Of a DNA stretch of 64,000 bases, positions 20,401 to 31,191 are shown piece after piece. Numbering within the stretch: the first letter of the stretch is position 1; every line of letters starts with the position of its first letter. The position numbers were made by a program, and so were the translations under genes. Below the pieces are notes generated by a model that searched no databases, was not told the DNA's origin, and worked only from the letters and a program-made list of their open reading frames with translations. This DNA comes from Spirochaetaceae bacterium (lineage in GTDB: Bacteria > Spirochaetota > Spirochaetia > DSM-2461), in the NCBI GenBank assembly GCA_051531975.1, contig JAOPTT010000005.1, positions 391,030 to 455,029 of the forward strand, written 5' to 3'.

Positions 20401-21383
20401 CTGTCTTCAAATAGCCCCCAAACATCGTTGGAACTGATTGACTTGGAGTTTCCAATCTTCTTTTTATATGAGTTAAATTTATTGTTTTCAGAATTATATA
20501 TGTTTAGACCTCCACCCCAGGTTGAGACCCATATAGTTCCCTCATTATCTTCTATAACACGGATGGCCGATTTATGACTAATACTTCCAGTATCATTTTC
20601 ATCATAATTGAAATGTGAATAGTTTTCTGATGATTTATTATATCTATAAATACCATTACCAATTGTAGGCATCCAAATATCGCCATTTGAAGTTTCCGTA
20701 ATACTTACACTTTGTGTCATATCGGTTAAATCAACAGTATAGTTACTGTTTTGTATATCATATCTATTTAATATTCCGATGAAAGTAGTGATCCATAATA
20801 CATTATCATTATCTATTAATATTGCTCCAATTCTATCGGTACTAAGACTATTAATATCATCTGGATCATGTCTGAAGTGAGTAAAATTACCAGTTTTTTC
20901 ATCCAGTCTATTTATACCTTTATCAATGGTGGATACCCAGATATTTCCATCAAGGTCTTCTGTAATACTGTATGTACTGTTACTAGATAGAGAGTTCTCA
21001 TTATCCGGGTCATTAATATAAGGTAAAAAATTATCACTTTCTTCGTTATATAAAAATAATCCACCGTTAACAACAGCAATCCATAATCTATCACTACTAT
21101 CAATAAAGACATCAACTGCAGGACCACTTCCTATTGAATTGGGAGAATCTTCATCGGGTAAATAATTTACAAAATCATAACCATCAAAACGGCTAATACC
21201 ATTTCCAGTTCCTAACCAGATAAAACCTTTTGAATCCTGTACAATGTCGTAAACAACCAGATTTGATAGACCCTCATCTGCACCATAACTTTCAAAATTA
21301 ATTTCTTTGGGAGCCGTATCAGCAAAAAGATCAGCCAATAAAAAAAATATTAGGATATATAACAGTGTTTTTTTTGTGTCCAT
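17460..21383 (-). CDS. Hybrid sensor histidine kinase: Reg_prop beta-propellers, Y_Y_Y, TM, PAS, HisKA, HATPase, REC
   Basis: Repeated EDxxGxIWxxTxxGGLNRY blades, YKYKLEGFDKDW, AHDFNNML, FDPFYTTKKLGEGTGLGLS, ILLVDDE/MDMIMP. Confidence 0.95.
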   Translation of the reverse strand: MDTKKTLLYILIFFLLADLFADTAPKEINFESYGADEGLSNLVVYDIVQDSKGFIWLGTGNGISRFDGYDFVNYLPDEDSPNSIGSGPAVDVFIDSSDRLWIAVVNGGLFLYNEESDNFLPYINDPDNENSLSSNSTYSITEDLDGNIWVSTIDKGINRLDEKTGNFTHFRHDPDDINSLSTDRIGAILIDNDNVLWITTFIGILNRYDIQNSNYTVDLTDMTQSVSITETSNGDIWMPTIGNGIYRYNKSSENYSHFNYDENDTGSISHKSAIRVIEDNEGTIWVSTWGGGLNIYNSENNKFNSYKKKIGNSKSISSNDVWGLFEDSTGVLWAGTYGAGLNRYDSKDERFSFIKNNPEDINSLSDDDVKSVFEDSFGELWIGTANGGLNRYNPEDDKYTIYTSNQNNPKSISNNSITMIAEDQERNIWIATVSGLNRYNRKTDDFTRFFSEKIIRSVMVDSKNNVWIGTQLSGVIRYSYDTKLFIHYPVKEAFSSPIFEDSSQNIWHGSIRGMFKYNSNNDSFTQTLEDPENPGSYLGLLITDIKEDQNNNLWIGTSTKLIKKEISTGKLTFYTTKNGLVDDSISGLVLEDNGNLWISTSRGLSVYSEYADSFKNYDINPFNRSSTLKTNSGELFFGSFNGLVHFYPDSIKENEVLPPVVITSFKIFNKEVTSLGSTSNLDFIELEYDDNFFSFEFAALDYSNPSKNKYKYKLEGFDKDWIEVSSKRRYASYTHLDGGDYIFRVIASNSDGIWNEIGHSIKIHIIPLFRDTLLFRILITIACWALAIIILFYIYKLNDALKNQKKSEADILHLKKYQAEVLDSMPSLIAGIDKTGVVTLWNRTAVEKTSISSEDAKGNILDVLLPDFNLDMNRIIESIQTGDIISDLNIKVEMDDDLFVDITIYPLQESDKEGAVIRIDDVTKKHKLMDELNQSSKMDAIGQLAGGMAHDFNNMLTGILNAVHLLKNPKRKIDKHGLTLVDMIMKASVRAADLISKLLAFSRKGELNYSILNIHEIIDETVEIFNRTIDKKIRIIVNKQSKYFNIIGDSSGLQNILLNLGINSSHAMPDGGEIKITTKDIILDENYCNASQFDITPGMYCDIEIQDTGFGIPAEKITKIFDPFYTTKKLGEGTGLGLSVVYGTIKDHHGVINAYSEEGTGTSFHIKLPCSESDIYLAENEQHIILGHGTILLVDDEELIRVTGKAMLEDLGYTIITAMDGEEALEVYKLNIDIIDVIIMDMIMPKVSGQEAFFKIKKIDKDCKIIISSGFTKDDNIKEMKDAGLSGFIQKPYQISELSQLLADLFR

Positions 21384-21463
21384 CAGTAATATTATATAAC
21401 AAAAATATTATAATTACGAATTAAGCTTGGTATGTCACTATCAGAATATAAAGATCCTGATTA

Positions 21464-22897
21464 TTAACACTTCTTAACTGATATCCTATTACGGCCACTT
21501 TTTTTAGCTATATATAATTGATTATCGGCTATTGTAACCCAGTTTCCAAGGGTATCGTTTCTCTTTGGTACTCCAGTACATATACCACAACTTATTGTTA
21601 TAGGGTTAATAATACCTTCATGTTTTATTAGTTCAACATTTTTTCTAATTCGTTCTGTAACAACAGTAGCTTCATCTAAATCAGTATTAGGCATTAATAG
21701 TAAAAACTCTTCTCCACCATATCTTGTAAGTAGGTCAGTTTCCCTAATATCATTTTGGAAACTATTAGCTAATTTTTTTAATACATTATCACCAACATCA
21801 TGACCGTATAAATCATTCACATTTTTAAAAAAGTCTATATCAATCATTACAACAGATATACTGTTTTTACCTCTAATTGCCGCTTCAAATAATAATCGAC
21901 CTTCAATTTGTAATCGATGTCTACTACCAAGCCCTGTTAATGCATCCTCCATTGCCATCTTATAAGCTTTTTCATGGGATAAAGCATTCTCTAATGCTAT
22001 TGCAATATTGTCTCCTATAATTTCTGACAATTCTAAATGTCGTTTTGAAAAATGATTTTTTGTATAACCATCCAGGGTTAATAAGCCAACTATTTCCCCT
22101 CCAGATATCAATGGGATTCCTATCCACGATTCTATAGGTCGTTCTGCTCCTGGTCTGGAAAATGTTGGAAAATCTCTATGGATGTCATTTGATAATAAAG
22201 GTCTGTTATTTTGAAGTACATAGGTATTCATACTGCCTTTAATAGGATATTTGAATTTTAATTTTAATATAGCACTGTTGTCTTTAAAACCTACAGCACC
22301 AATTGGCCTAGAGTAACCATCCTTTAGAGTCTGAATAGTTGCTGTCTCATAGGGGATTAATTGGCTAATCTCAATTAAGATTTTACGCACGGTCTCTTTT
22401 AACTCTAAGGATGAACTAATAACCTTTACAATTTCTCCTATAGTTTCAAGTTCTTCAGATCTTTGTCTCTCTTCTTCGATACTTTTTCTAAGTTTTTGTT
22501 CAACCTCTTTTAAGTCAGAAATATCAAAATCACACCCGACAAAAATAACAGGTTTTCCATCTTCTGTTTTCTTTGCTATTTTACCTAATGAGTGTATCCA
22601 TTTATATGAGTTGTCACTGTTTTTAAGTCTGTATATTTCATGAAAAAGGTCAAGTTTACCTAAGCGAATATTCTTTAAAGCATCAGTAACTCTTTTCCTA
22701 TCATCTTGATGAATATAGGATAAGTAGGATTCTTCAATATCTTTTTTAGGGGTGAAGTTACTAGGTATAGCCTTCCACTCATTACTGAGTAGAAAATCTC
22801 CTGTTATATAATTGGAAATATATAATCCTAGACTAGCCAATGTTTCTAATACATCGGCATCATCCATTGAAAAACTCTCATATAGACTTTTTTCCAT
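21464..22897 (-). CDS. PAS-GAF-GGDEF diguanylate cyclase
   Basis: IHQDDR PAS, WIGIPL GAF, DIDFFKNVNDLYGHDVGD, RETD I-site, RYGGEEF. Confidence 0.93.
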   Translation of the reverse strand: MEKSLYESFSMDDADVLETLASLGLYISNYITGDFLLSNEWKAIPSNFTPKKDIEESYLSYIHQDDRKRVTDALKNIRLGKLDLFHEIYRLKNSDNSYKWIHSLGKIAKKTEDGKPVIFVGCDFDISDLKEVEQKLRKSIEEERQRSEELETIGEIVKVISSSLELKETVRKILIEISQLIPYETATIQTLKDGYSRPIGAVGFKDNSAILKLKFKYPIKGSMNTYVLQNNRPLLSNDIHRDFPTFSRPGAERPIESWIGIPLISGGEIVGLLTLDGYTKNHFSKRHLELSEIIGDNIAIALENALSHEKAYKMAMEDALTGLGSRHRLQIEGRLLFEAAIRGKNSISVVMIDIDFFKNVNDLYGHDVGDNVLKKLANSFQNDIRETDLLTRYGGEEFLLLMPNTDLDEATVVTERIRKNVELIKHEGIINPITISCGICTGVPKRNDTLGNWVTIADNQLYIAKKSGRNRISVKKC

Positions 22898-22964
22898 CAG
22901 TTTATTCTCCGTTCATATTCTATCATGAAAAAATTAATAACTAAATTATACTCTAAACAATATC

Positions 22965-25163
22965 CTAAAGTTTCAATAGAGAAGTTAAATCTTCACTATG
23001 TTTAACATTTGTTTTAAATAATCGTTCAATTGAAAATATATTCTCTTTAAGCTTAATAATCTGATTTTCCTGGTTATCTATAAGAGAAAAAGTGGATTCT
23101 AACATGGATTTAAAATCTTCAAGACTATGCTGAACATCATCATTAATATTTTTATTCGATTCAGAAAGTTCTTTTATCGTTGAACTATCTTTTATTAATG
23201 CTTTTATGGATTCTAGAAGTAGTGTTGTTTCAGAATACTGACCTTCGATATTCTCTCTGGTTTTATCCATTAGTTTTGAACTGTTTATTGCCTCATCAAT
23301 AATTGTAAAAAGTCCATTTTCTACTTCTACAGATAATCTGGAAGTTTCTGAAATAGCAAGTTCCATAGCCTCCAACTTTAAACTACTAGCTTTTACCTGT
23401 GTCCGTGTTTGGGATGAGAGGTTCCTCACTTCATTTGCAACGACTGCGAATCCTTTGCCGGCTTCTCCTGCATGAGCAGACTCTATTGCTGCATTAACCG
23501 CAAGAAGGTCTGTTCTCTCTGAAATGTCCATAATTCCGGTTAGGACATCATTAATAACCTGTGCATGCTCCTGAATCGATTTTACGGCCTTTGTAGAGTT
23601 TGTAATTGTAGCTCTATTATCTTGGGCAATTTCACTAAGATATTTTGATTTTGTATGGGTATCAGTAATGTTATTCTGGTTATTCATCATTTTATTTGTA
23701 ACACTAGATAATGTCTCTTCAATCTGATTGGCAAAAAGAGTCTGGTTTGTAACAGCTTCTAGGATTTCATTGATAGATTTTGATAGATCTATTTTAATCT
23801 TAGGAATAGTACTCTCAATATTTGTAACCTGGGACTTAATCTCTTCTGATACTTTTTTGTTAGCAGCACTATTCTCAACTATAATTTCACTGGATAGATC
23901 AATTTTTTCTTTTAGTAAATTACCAGAGTCCTTAAGACTTGAAGCTACCGATGTTATTCCCTTTATCATCTCTTGTTGGTCTTTGTTGATTTCCGCAATA
24001 GATTCTGCCTGTAATATACTCTTTTTAGCAATTGAATTTTGCTGATTAGATAAAATGATGAACATAGCAAGAATGTAAAAAAGAAATCCGTATGGAACCA
24101 TATAAGCATCAGGAATAACATTGGAACTTACATAGACTAGGTCATGTATAATAAATCCAAGAAAAATTAAAAATGCTAATAAAAGTATCAATGTATCATT
24201 GTTTCTATTTTTTATAAATGAGACCACTGTTATGTAAAGTGTAGTCACTATTATAAAAGGGAAATAATATGATGTCATAAAGTTAAGTACTATATCTACT
24301 CCATGTCTGGAACTTTTAGTAAATACTAATATTGTAAGAATTATTGCAGGAATAATTGTCATAGTTAACAAACTTTTCCGGAACTTTTTAGTTTTTGTAA
24401 ACTCCAATACAAAACTCAGAAGTGCTGAGTGCGCAAGTATAAAACCTAATACACTGGCTTTCATTATAGGTAGTTCATAACCAAAATCAGATGAAAGACT
24501 TATTTCTAGATAGGCCATAGTTACAGACATCGATAATAAAGAAAACAGTAAATACCGTCTGTCACTAATTACACTAGTAAAAAAAAGATAAATAAAATAG
24601 AGAGATATTAGAAAGCAAACTAAACTTATTCCCCTTATCAGATAAGAACTAAGAAAGTATATACCAAATTTATCTTTGGATATCTGTTTATAGGTTGAAA
24701 TATGCATATTAACCAATGGGTTCATATAACCATGGGGGTAAATTTCAACTCTTATGTCATTATTTGATTTCTTTAATAGCTCAGGTGCTAATATGGTTTT
24801 AATAGAAGTAAATCCATTTGCAACGACCTTTTCTCCAATATCTCCAGAAATTGCTACTAGTTGGTTATTCAGATAAATCTTTATAGGATATGGTGTGAAG
24901 GGGAGGGATAGTCCTAAAACCTCATCTTTTAAATCCGAGGGGATATTAAATGTAGTTGCTAAAGTAACCATAGTATCAAAGTTACTTCTTTCTCCAGTAA
25001 ACCTTTTATTATCCCAGGTATCCCAGCTGACCGTATTTTCTGATAAATATTTACCAGGAGAGAGTTCCGAATATTGAATTTTAAATGATCCGGAGAGTAA
25101 ATTTTCACCCCAGATATTTTGAGCTATTAGTAAAATGCTTAGTACAATAATATATTTTTTCAT
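22965..25163 (-). CDS. Methyl-accepting chemotaxis protein with 7TM-DISM-like input
   Basis: Signal peptide, beta-rich extracellular domain, about 7 TM helices, [34 protein letters not shown]. Confidence 0.88.
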   Translation of the reverse strand: MKKYIIVLSILLIAQNIWGENLLSGSFKIQYSELSPGKYLSENTVSWDTWDNKRFTGERSNFDTMVTLATTFNIPSDLKDEVLGLSLPFTPYPIKIYLNNQLVAISGDIGEKVVANGFTSIKTILAPELLKKSNNDIRVEIYPHGYMNPLVNMHISTYKQISKDKFGIYFLSSYLIRGISLVCFLISLYFIYLFFTSVISDRRYLLFSLLSMSVTMAYLEISLSSDFGYELPIMKASVLGFILAHSALLSFVLEFTKTKKFRKSLLTMTIIPAIILTILVFTKSSRHGVDIVLNFMTSYYFPFIIVTTLYITVVSFIKNRNNDTLILLLAFLIFLGFIIHDLVYVSSNVIPDAYMVPYGFLFYILAMFIILSNQQNSIAKKSILQAESIAEINKDQQEMIKGITSVASSLKDSGNLLKEKIDLSSEIIVENSAANKKVSEEIKSQVTNIESTIPKIKIDLSKSINEILEAVTNQTLFANQIEETLSSVTNKMMNNQNNITDTHTKSKYLSEIAQDNRATITNSTKAVKSIQEHAQVINDVLTGIMDISERTDLLAVNAAIESAHAGEAGKGFAVVANEVRNLSSQTRTQVKASSLKLEAMELAISETSRLSVEVENGLFTIIDEAINSSKLMDKTRENIEGQYSETTLLLESIKALIKDSSTIKELSESNKNINDDVQHSLEDFKSMLESTFSLIDNQENQIIKLKENIFSIERLFKTNVKHSEDLTSLLKL

Positions 25164-25276
25164 GTATTTAATTATAGGTATTTATCAGATACCATCAAGT
25201 TTTTTAATGACATATGTCTCAAATATGCTAATATAATAAAAAATATGAAATCTCAATAATAGAAATAGGAGTATAT

Positions 25277-26146
25277 ATGATAACAAAAATACAAAATGAT
25301 AAGGTTTCTATAGAGGTAAACTCGATAGGAGCTGAGCTATGGAGTTTAAAAAAGTCAGGAGATGATCTTGAATATCTTTGGCAAGGTGATGGAACATATT
25401 GGACAGGTAGATCTCCTGTTTTATTTCCAAATGTAGGTGCGGTAAAAGGTAATAAGATGAAGGTCGATGGTGTAGAATATCCACTTGGTAATCATGGTTT
25501 TCCAAGAAAAGCTGAATTTGAACTTATAGAAGGTACAGAAACTAAGTTAGTTTATAGCTATAAATCAAATGATGAATCATTAAAGATGTATCCATTTAGA
25601 TTTGAACTAATATTGTCCTATTCTTTAAATGACAAAGGTGTAAGCATCGATTATACTGTTAAAAATCTTGATACAAAAGAGATCTATTTCCAGTTAGGAA
25701 CACACCCAGGTTTTAATTGTCCTCTAGATTCAGAACTGAAATTCGATGATTATTACATAGAGTTTAACAAATCAGAAGATTCCCGTAGACTGTTTTTTGA
25801 TCAGGATAATCTGACAATAACCAATAAAGATGAAGATGGGCTAAATGGTAATAAAATGCCTTTAAAACATGAAACATTTTATGAGGGTGCAGCAATATTC
25901 AAAGATATAAATTCAAATGAGATTGCATTAAAATCAGATAAAGGTAGCAGGTTTGTAAAACTTAGTTTTAATAAATTCCCAGCTTTAGGTGTATGGCAAA
26001 AACCTGATGCACCATATATCTGTTTAGAACCATGGCATGGAATTAGTGATGACGATAACTATACTGGTGATTTTAAAGATAAATCTATGATAATAACATT
26101 AGATAAAGCAAAAGAATACAATTGTGAAATGACAATTGAAATATAA
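25277..26146 (+). CDS. Aldose 1-epimerase family protein (LacX-like)
   Basis: EYLWQGD..YWTGRSPVLFP, HGF, GTHPGF, YICLEPWHG. Confidence 0.92.
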   Translation: MITKIQNDKVSIEVNSIGAELWSLKKSGDDLEYLWQGDGTYWTGRSPVLFPNVGAVKGNKMKVDGVEYPLGNHGFPRKAEFELIEGTETKLVYSYKSNDESLKMYPFRFELILSYSLNDKGVSIDYTVKNLDTKEIYFQLGTHPGFNCPLDSELKFDDYYIEFNKSEDSRRLFFDQDNLTITNKDEDGLNGNKMPLKHETFYEGAAIFKDINSNEIALKSDKGSRFVKLSFNKFPALGVWQKPDAPYICLEPWHGISDDDNYTGDFKDKSMIITLDKAKEYNCEMTIEI

Positions 26147-26161
26147 AATATAACAAAATAG

Positions 26162-26190
26162 TTGTTACTGGGACTAACTCCTAGTAACAA
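26162..26190. terminator. Bidirectional terminator candidate
   Basis: TTGTTACTGGGA-ctaac-TCCTAGTAACAA between convergent genes. Confidence 0.65.
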
Positions 26191-26200
26191 TTTTCATATC

Positions 26201-28255
26201 TTAACTATTATTTATTAGTTTAGATATGAAAGTGCTTAATTGAGACATATTATATGGTTTCTGGATATAGGAACTTAAACCATCAGTTAGCAATACTTCA
26301 ATGTTTTCATCTATAACATATCCCGATGCAATTATAACTTTGCAATTTTCATCTATAGTTCTCATCTTATAAAATGCTTCCGAACCATTCATTTTAGGCA
26401 TTGTCATATCCATTAATACTAAATCAATATCTGAAAAGGATTTTTTGAAAATATCTACAGCCTCCATACCATCTTTTGCCAATAAAATCTTATATCCCAT
26501 ATACTCAAAAAAACATTTTATAGTTGTTCTAATTATTTCTTCATCATCCACAACTAAAATCAGACCATTTCCCTCTAAAAAAGATTCATCTTTTTTGCTT
26601 TTATCAGACTCTTCGTAGGCCACTGGAAAAAAAAGTTTAAATAATGTTCCTGAACCAACATTGCTTTCTACTTCAATAAAACCATTTAATGCCCTAACTG
26701 TTCCATAAACTACAGATAAACCAAGCCCTGTTCCTTTTCCTTGCTCCTTAGTAGTATAAAAAGGATCAAATATACTGTTTATATGTTCCTTTGGAATACC
26801 GCATCCAGTATCTTTAATAGATAATTGATAATACTCCCCAGGTTCAATAGTAAAATTATCTGATTTTATATGTTTCTGTTCCATATTTATTTTTGTAATA
26901 TTAAAAGTAATACTTCCACTACCTTTTATTGAGTGACTAGAATTGATTCCTATATTTATTAAGGCATTCTGTACTGTGGTTTTATCACCTTTAATATAAC
27001 AGCTTTTAATATTGTTGTTTATTGAAATTGTGATCTTTTTGTCAATTGAGGACTTTAATAAATCTGCAGCATCATCAACTATTTCACATAGGTCAATAGT
27101 TTTAGTTTTATCAGAATCATTACTGCTGTATGTTAAAAGTTTGGCTGTTAAATCCTTTGCACGGTTTGATGCTTGAATTATAATATCAACATATTTTAAA
27201 TATTTATCGTCTATTGTCATATCGGGTAGTTTTAAAAGTTGAGCGGCCCCATTGATACCAGTCAAAATATTATTAAAATCATGTGCTATTCCAGCTGCTA
27301 ATACTCCAACAGATAACATCTTTTCGTTATGTGACAATATTTTTTCATTACGCTTTATTTCAGTCACATCATCAATACGGATAACAGCACCTTTTGTATT
27401 AATTTCATTTAGTGGATAAATTGTAATATCCTGGTAAACAATACTGTCATTTTTCATATAAGAATGTTTCTGTTCACTTATTATTTCACCACTTTTTATG
27501 CTCTCTGATATTGTAAAAACAACTGAAGATAAGTGTGGGAATATACAAGAAATTTTTTGTCCAATAATATTTTCCTTGGACTTATCGGCTTCTAGTATTG
27601 CCATATTATTACATAATATTATTTTACAGTCTGAATCTACAGAAACTATAATAGAAGGCATTGATTCAATGATACTAGATAGTTGGTTTTTAAGTAAAAG
27701 TAGAGCATCCCCTGCTTCGGTAAGTTTTGTAATATCAGTTATGATTATTCTAAATTGACCGTTATTCCCATCGACTTCTGGGCGAATGACACATTCTAAT
27801 TGAGAATAAAAATACCCAGAGTCCTTCTTTTTCAGTCGGATCTTACTGGACTGTTTTTCACCCAACTTTGTTAATTGGTTATATTGTAAATAAAAAATAT
27901 CTTGGTCTTCATCAAAAATAAAAGAAGTAAAATCGGACTCAATAATATCTTCCTTATCTATCCCAAACATTTCGCATGCTGTAATGTTAGATTCTATTAT
28001 CTGTTTATTTTTATTTAGTGTTAAATATCCAACAGGGGCATAATCGTAAAGGTTTAAATATTTTTGTTTAGATTCTTCAAGTTCAATTTGAGTATTCCGA
28101 AGGTCCTCGTTTTGCATCTCCAGTTCAATTTGACTGGTATTCAATTCATGGATTAAATTATGAACTTCTTCCTGAGATAAGTCTGGTAAGTTCTTTGATT
28201 TTGGTTCATAAAAAGATTCTGCACGCCTCCGTAAATCTTCAAATTTGTCTTTCAA
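26201..28255 (-). CDS. Cytoplasmic PAS-PAS hybrid histidine kinase/REC
   Basis: IHELNTSQIELEMQNEDLR coiled coil, YDYAPVGY, AHDFNNIL, G-boxes, C-terminal REC; ATGA overlap with upstream gene. Confidence 0.93.
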   Translation of the reverse strand: MKDKFEDLRRRAESFYEPKSKNLPDLSQEEVHNLIHELNTSQIELEMQNEDLRNTQIELEESKQKYLNLYDYAPVGYLTLNKNKQIIESNITACEMFGIDKEDIIESDFTSFIFDEDQDIFYLQYNQLTKLGEKQSSKIRLKKKDSGYFYSQLECVIRPEVDGNNGQFRIIITDITKLTEAGDALLLLKNQLSSIIESMPSIIVSVDSDCKIILCNNMAILEADKSKENIIGQKISCIFPHLSSVVFTISESIKSGEIISEQKHSYMKNDSIVYQDITIYPLNEINTKGAVIRIDDVTEIKRNEKILSHNEKMLSVGVLAAGIAHDFNNILTGINGAAQLLKLPDMTIDDKYLKYVDIIIQASNRAKDLTAKLLTYSSNDSDKTKTIDLCEIVDDAADLLKSSIDKKITISINNNIKSCYIKGDKTTVQNALINIGINSSHSIKGSGSITFNITKINMEQKHIKSDNFTIEPGEYYQLSIKDTGCGIPKEHINSIFDPFYTTKEQGKGTGLGLSVVYGTVRALNGFIEVESNVGSGTLFKLFFPVAYEESDKSKKDESFLEGNGLILVVDDEEIIRTTIKCFFEYMGYKILLAKDGMEAVDIFKKSFSDIDLVLMDMTMPKMNGSEAFYKMRTIDENCKVIIASGYVIDENIEVLLTDGLSSYIQKPYNMSQLSTFISKLINNS

Positions 28256-31101
28256 TCATTACTCCTACTTGTTACCAAAAAACTCTCTATATTATTAAAT
28301 ATTAGAGATGTAACAAATGTTTTTGAATTATCATCATCAATAACAATAATAGAACCAGTTTTATTATATTCTAATTCCTTTATTTGTTTTGGAATTAGAT
28401 TGATAGCACATTTACCTATTAATAATGAATTAGCAGGCTTACCAAAAGATTTTTTTGCTTGAATATTTACATATGAGAAAACATTATTAGTAATAATATA
28501 AACGATGTCAGTTGTTTGTTCAGACAAATAATTCCACATGACCTCATTCTCAGAAAGCTTGAGTAATGCATTTTTATAATTTGATATATTTTGAAAAGTA
28601 ACAACAACACCATCAATGACATTATTAGTAGTTCTATAGGGACGGATTCGCATCTCATAAACACCACCTTTGTTATCTATAACTTCAGATTCATTATGGC
28701 CAAGATCCCTAAGTACTATTTTTGCACACTCCACTAATTTAACGTTTTTTAATGTTGTAGCAAAATGTTCTATCGGTCTTCCAATATCAGCTGATGTAAG
28801 GTGGAAAAAATCGGTTACTTTAGGTGTATAACGTCGGATATTAAGGTTTATATCAAGAAATATAGTCGCAATCTCTGTAGTATCAAGAAGGTTTTTAATA
28901 TCATCATTTGCTTCAACTAACTCATCGATTCTAAATTGCAACTCTGTATTTACAGTTGTTGACTCCTCATTAAGAGATTGAAGTTCTTCTTTTGAAGTTT
29001 CAAGTTCTTCATTTGTGCTCTGTAACTCCTCATTTGTTGACTGAAGCTCCTCATTTGTTGATTTTAATTCCTCGTTAGAAGTTTCAAGTTCTTCAATTGT
29101 TGTTTGCAGATTTTCTTTTGTATATAAAAGCTCATCTTCAAGTCTTTTTACATCATTACCTTTTATTATAGAGTGTTCTTCGACAAAGACACTGTTTTTT
29201 TCTTTTTTATGATGTGAACCTTCATCAAAAATAATAAGCATTAATCCCCGACTATGGGTACTAAAATTTGGTAATGGTCTAACTATAAGTGTTACATCTA
29301 CAAAACCTGTATAATCTTGTACTTCTAGCCCCTTTATAATTACTTCCTGACGACTTGTTGCCATTTTTTTGATACCTGAAATTAAACCAGCTTTTAATCC
29401 TGGTCTTGCCATCTCAAGAATATTTATACTTGTCTCACCTTCGGCTGGTTCAAGGAATTTTCCTATTCGACCATGGATATAAATTATGTCAGCAAGGTCG
29501 TTTATAACAACACATGTAGGTAGTTCACTTTTTGACAATATAGCTTTTAATAATTTAAGTGTATCAACCTCTTTTAGTGGTTTAAGGGGCTCAGACACTT
29601 CTTTCTGGGTGATAATTGACGAAGTACCAAAAGTTGGTAAATCTATTATAGGAAATCCTACTCTATTTGATGAAGACTTTTTAAAGATTTTCCACTTTTT
29701 ATCTAAAATAGAAAATAATTTTGATGATTGTCCAATCGTTTCTGATGATCCTAAAAAGAGTATTCCATCATGATTTAAACTATAGTTAAATATTGGAAAG
29801 AGCTTTTTTTGAAGTTCTGCACCAAAATAAATAAGTAGATTACGGCATGACAATAGATCAAGTTTTGTAAATGGAGGATCTTTGATTAGGTTTTGTGGCG
29901 CAAATATAACCATTTCCCGGATATTTTGATTTATTCTATAATGATTTTCTTCATGAGTAAAAAACTTGCTTAATCGAACCTTAGAAATATCTTCAGATAT
30001 AGAAACAGGATATATACCTGTTCTAGCCCTTTTTATGGCTTCCTCATCAAGGTCTGTCCCAAATATTTGTACTGAAAAATGACGCTCAACTAATTCCATA
30101 TATTCCTGAAAAATAATAGCAATAGTATAAACTTCCTCTCCACTACTACAACCAGGAACCCATACTCGTATTTGATAATGTTCAGGTTTATCAGCAAGAT
30201 ATTCTGGAATAAATTTATTTTTTAATAGATCAAAAGCCTCAGGATCTCTGAAGAAGCTTGTAACACCAATTAGTAATTCTTTAAATAATATGTGTATCTC
30301 TCTTTCCGATTCCTGAAGATATTGAATATAACCATTAATATCCTCCATTTGGTGAACTTGCATTCGCCGTGCAATACGCCGGGTTATTGTATTTTTTTTA
30401 TAAAATGAAAAATCATGTTTTGTAGATGTTCTTAATAACAAAAATATTTTCTGCATAGCATGTTCATATTTTGAATCATCTGAATTAAATTCTAATGTTT
30501 GTTTGTTCATTTTATATTTAACATATTTTAATAGCTGATTAGGCATGTCTTCAGGAGATAATATATAATCAGCCAGCTTAGTAGCAATAGCGCTCCTAGG
30601 CATACCATCATATTTTGCTGACTCTGCTGATTGTACCATGACCATCCCAAGTTCGGCTTTTACGGCTCTAATTCCCTGGGTTCCATCGGTACCTGTCCCT
30701 GAAAGAATAATACTTATTGCCATGCTCCCTTTGTCCATAGCCAATGACCTGAAAAAAATGTCGATTGGTAGGTTAGCACCATGGGGCTTAGTCATTTTTA
30801 ATAATTGTAGTACTCCATTTAAAATTGACATCTCTTTATCAGGTGGAATAATATATACATGATTAGGTTTAACTATCATATGATCTTTTACCTGTAAAAC
30901 CTGCATTTTTGTCTTTTTTTGTATTATTTCCGGAAGTATACTGTTATGACTTGGATCTAGATGGGATACAACAACACAAGCAATTCCTGAATCGCTGGGC
31001 ATTTTACTAAAAAAAGCCTCTAAGGCTTCAAGACCACCTGCAGATGCTCCAATTCCAACCACGTAGAATTGATTGTCTATATTTTTCTCTTTCTTTACCA
31101 C
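28252..31101 (-). CDS. CheB methylesterase-CheR methyltransferase fusion with coiled coil and PAS
   Basis: GIGASAGG, ILSGTGTDG, VTSFFRD, WVPGCSSGEE, CRNLLIY, ELQSTNE heptads. Confidence 0.95.
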   Translation of the reverse strand: MVKKEKNIDNQFYVVGIGASAGGLEALEAFFSKMPSDSGIACVVVSHLDPSHNSILPEIIQKKTKMQVLQVKDHMIVKPNHVYIIPPDKEMSILNGVLQLLKMTKPHGANLPIDIFFRSLAMDKGSMAISIILSGTGTDGTQGIRAVKAELGMVMVQSAESAKYDGMPRSAIATKLADYILSPEDMPNQLLKYVKYKMNKQTLEFNSDDSKYEHAMQKIFLLLRTSTKHDFSFYKKNTITRRIARRMQVHQMEDINGYIQYLQESEREIHILFKELLIGVTSFFRDPEAFDLLKNKFIPEYLADKPEHYQIRVWVPGCSSGEEVYTIAIIFQEYMELVERHFSVQIFGTDLDEEAIKRARTGIYPVSISEDISKVRLSKFFTHEENHYRINQNIREMVIFAPQNLIKDPPFTKLDLLSCRNLLIYFGAELQKKLFPIFNYSLNHDGILFLGSSETIGQSSKLFSILDKKWKIFKKSSSNRVGFPIIDLPTFGTSSIITQKEVSEPLKPLKEVDTLKLLKAILSKSELPTCVVINDLADIIYIHGRIGKFLEPAEGETSINILEMARPGLKAGLISGIKKMATSRQEVIIKGLEVQDYTGFVDVTLIVRPLPNFSTHSRGLMLIIFDEGSHHKKEKNSVFVEEHSIIKGNDVKRLEDELLYTKENLQTTIEELETSNEELKSTNEELQSTNEELQSTNEELETSKEELQSLNEESTTVNTELQFRIDELVEANDDIKNLLDTTEIATIFLDINLNIRRYTPKVTDFFHLTSADIGRPIEHFATTLKNVKLVECAKIVLRDLGHNESEVIDNKGGVYEMRIRPYRTTNNVIDGVVVTFQNISNYKNALLKLSENEVMWNYLSEQTTDIVYIITNNVFSYVNIQAKKSFGKPANSLLIGKCAINLIPKQIKELEYNKTGSIIVIDDDNSKTFVTSLIFNNIESFLVTSRSND

Positions 31102-31191
31102 AGTGTCTCTCTTAAATTATTATATTTATATGCAATTATAAGCCTAAGTGCTTGGATTTACAACAATATTACCAATATCATAATAAATAAA

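Noticed and set aside
28960..29110. 21-nt tandem-like repeats
   Set aside because: Encode the usual ELQSTNE coiled-coil heptads of CheB-CheR fusions; no spacers, not CRISPR.
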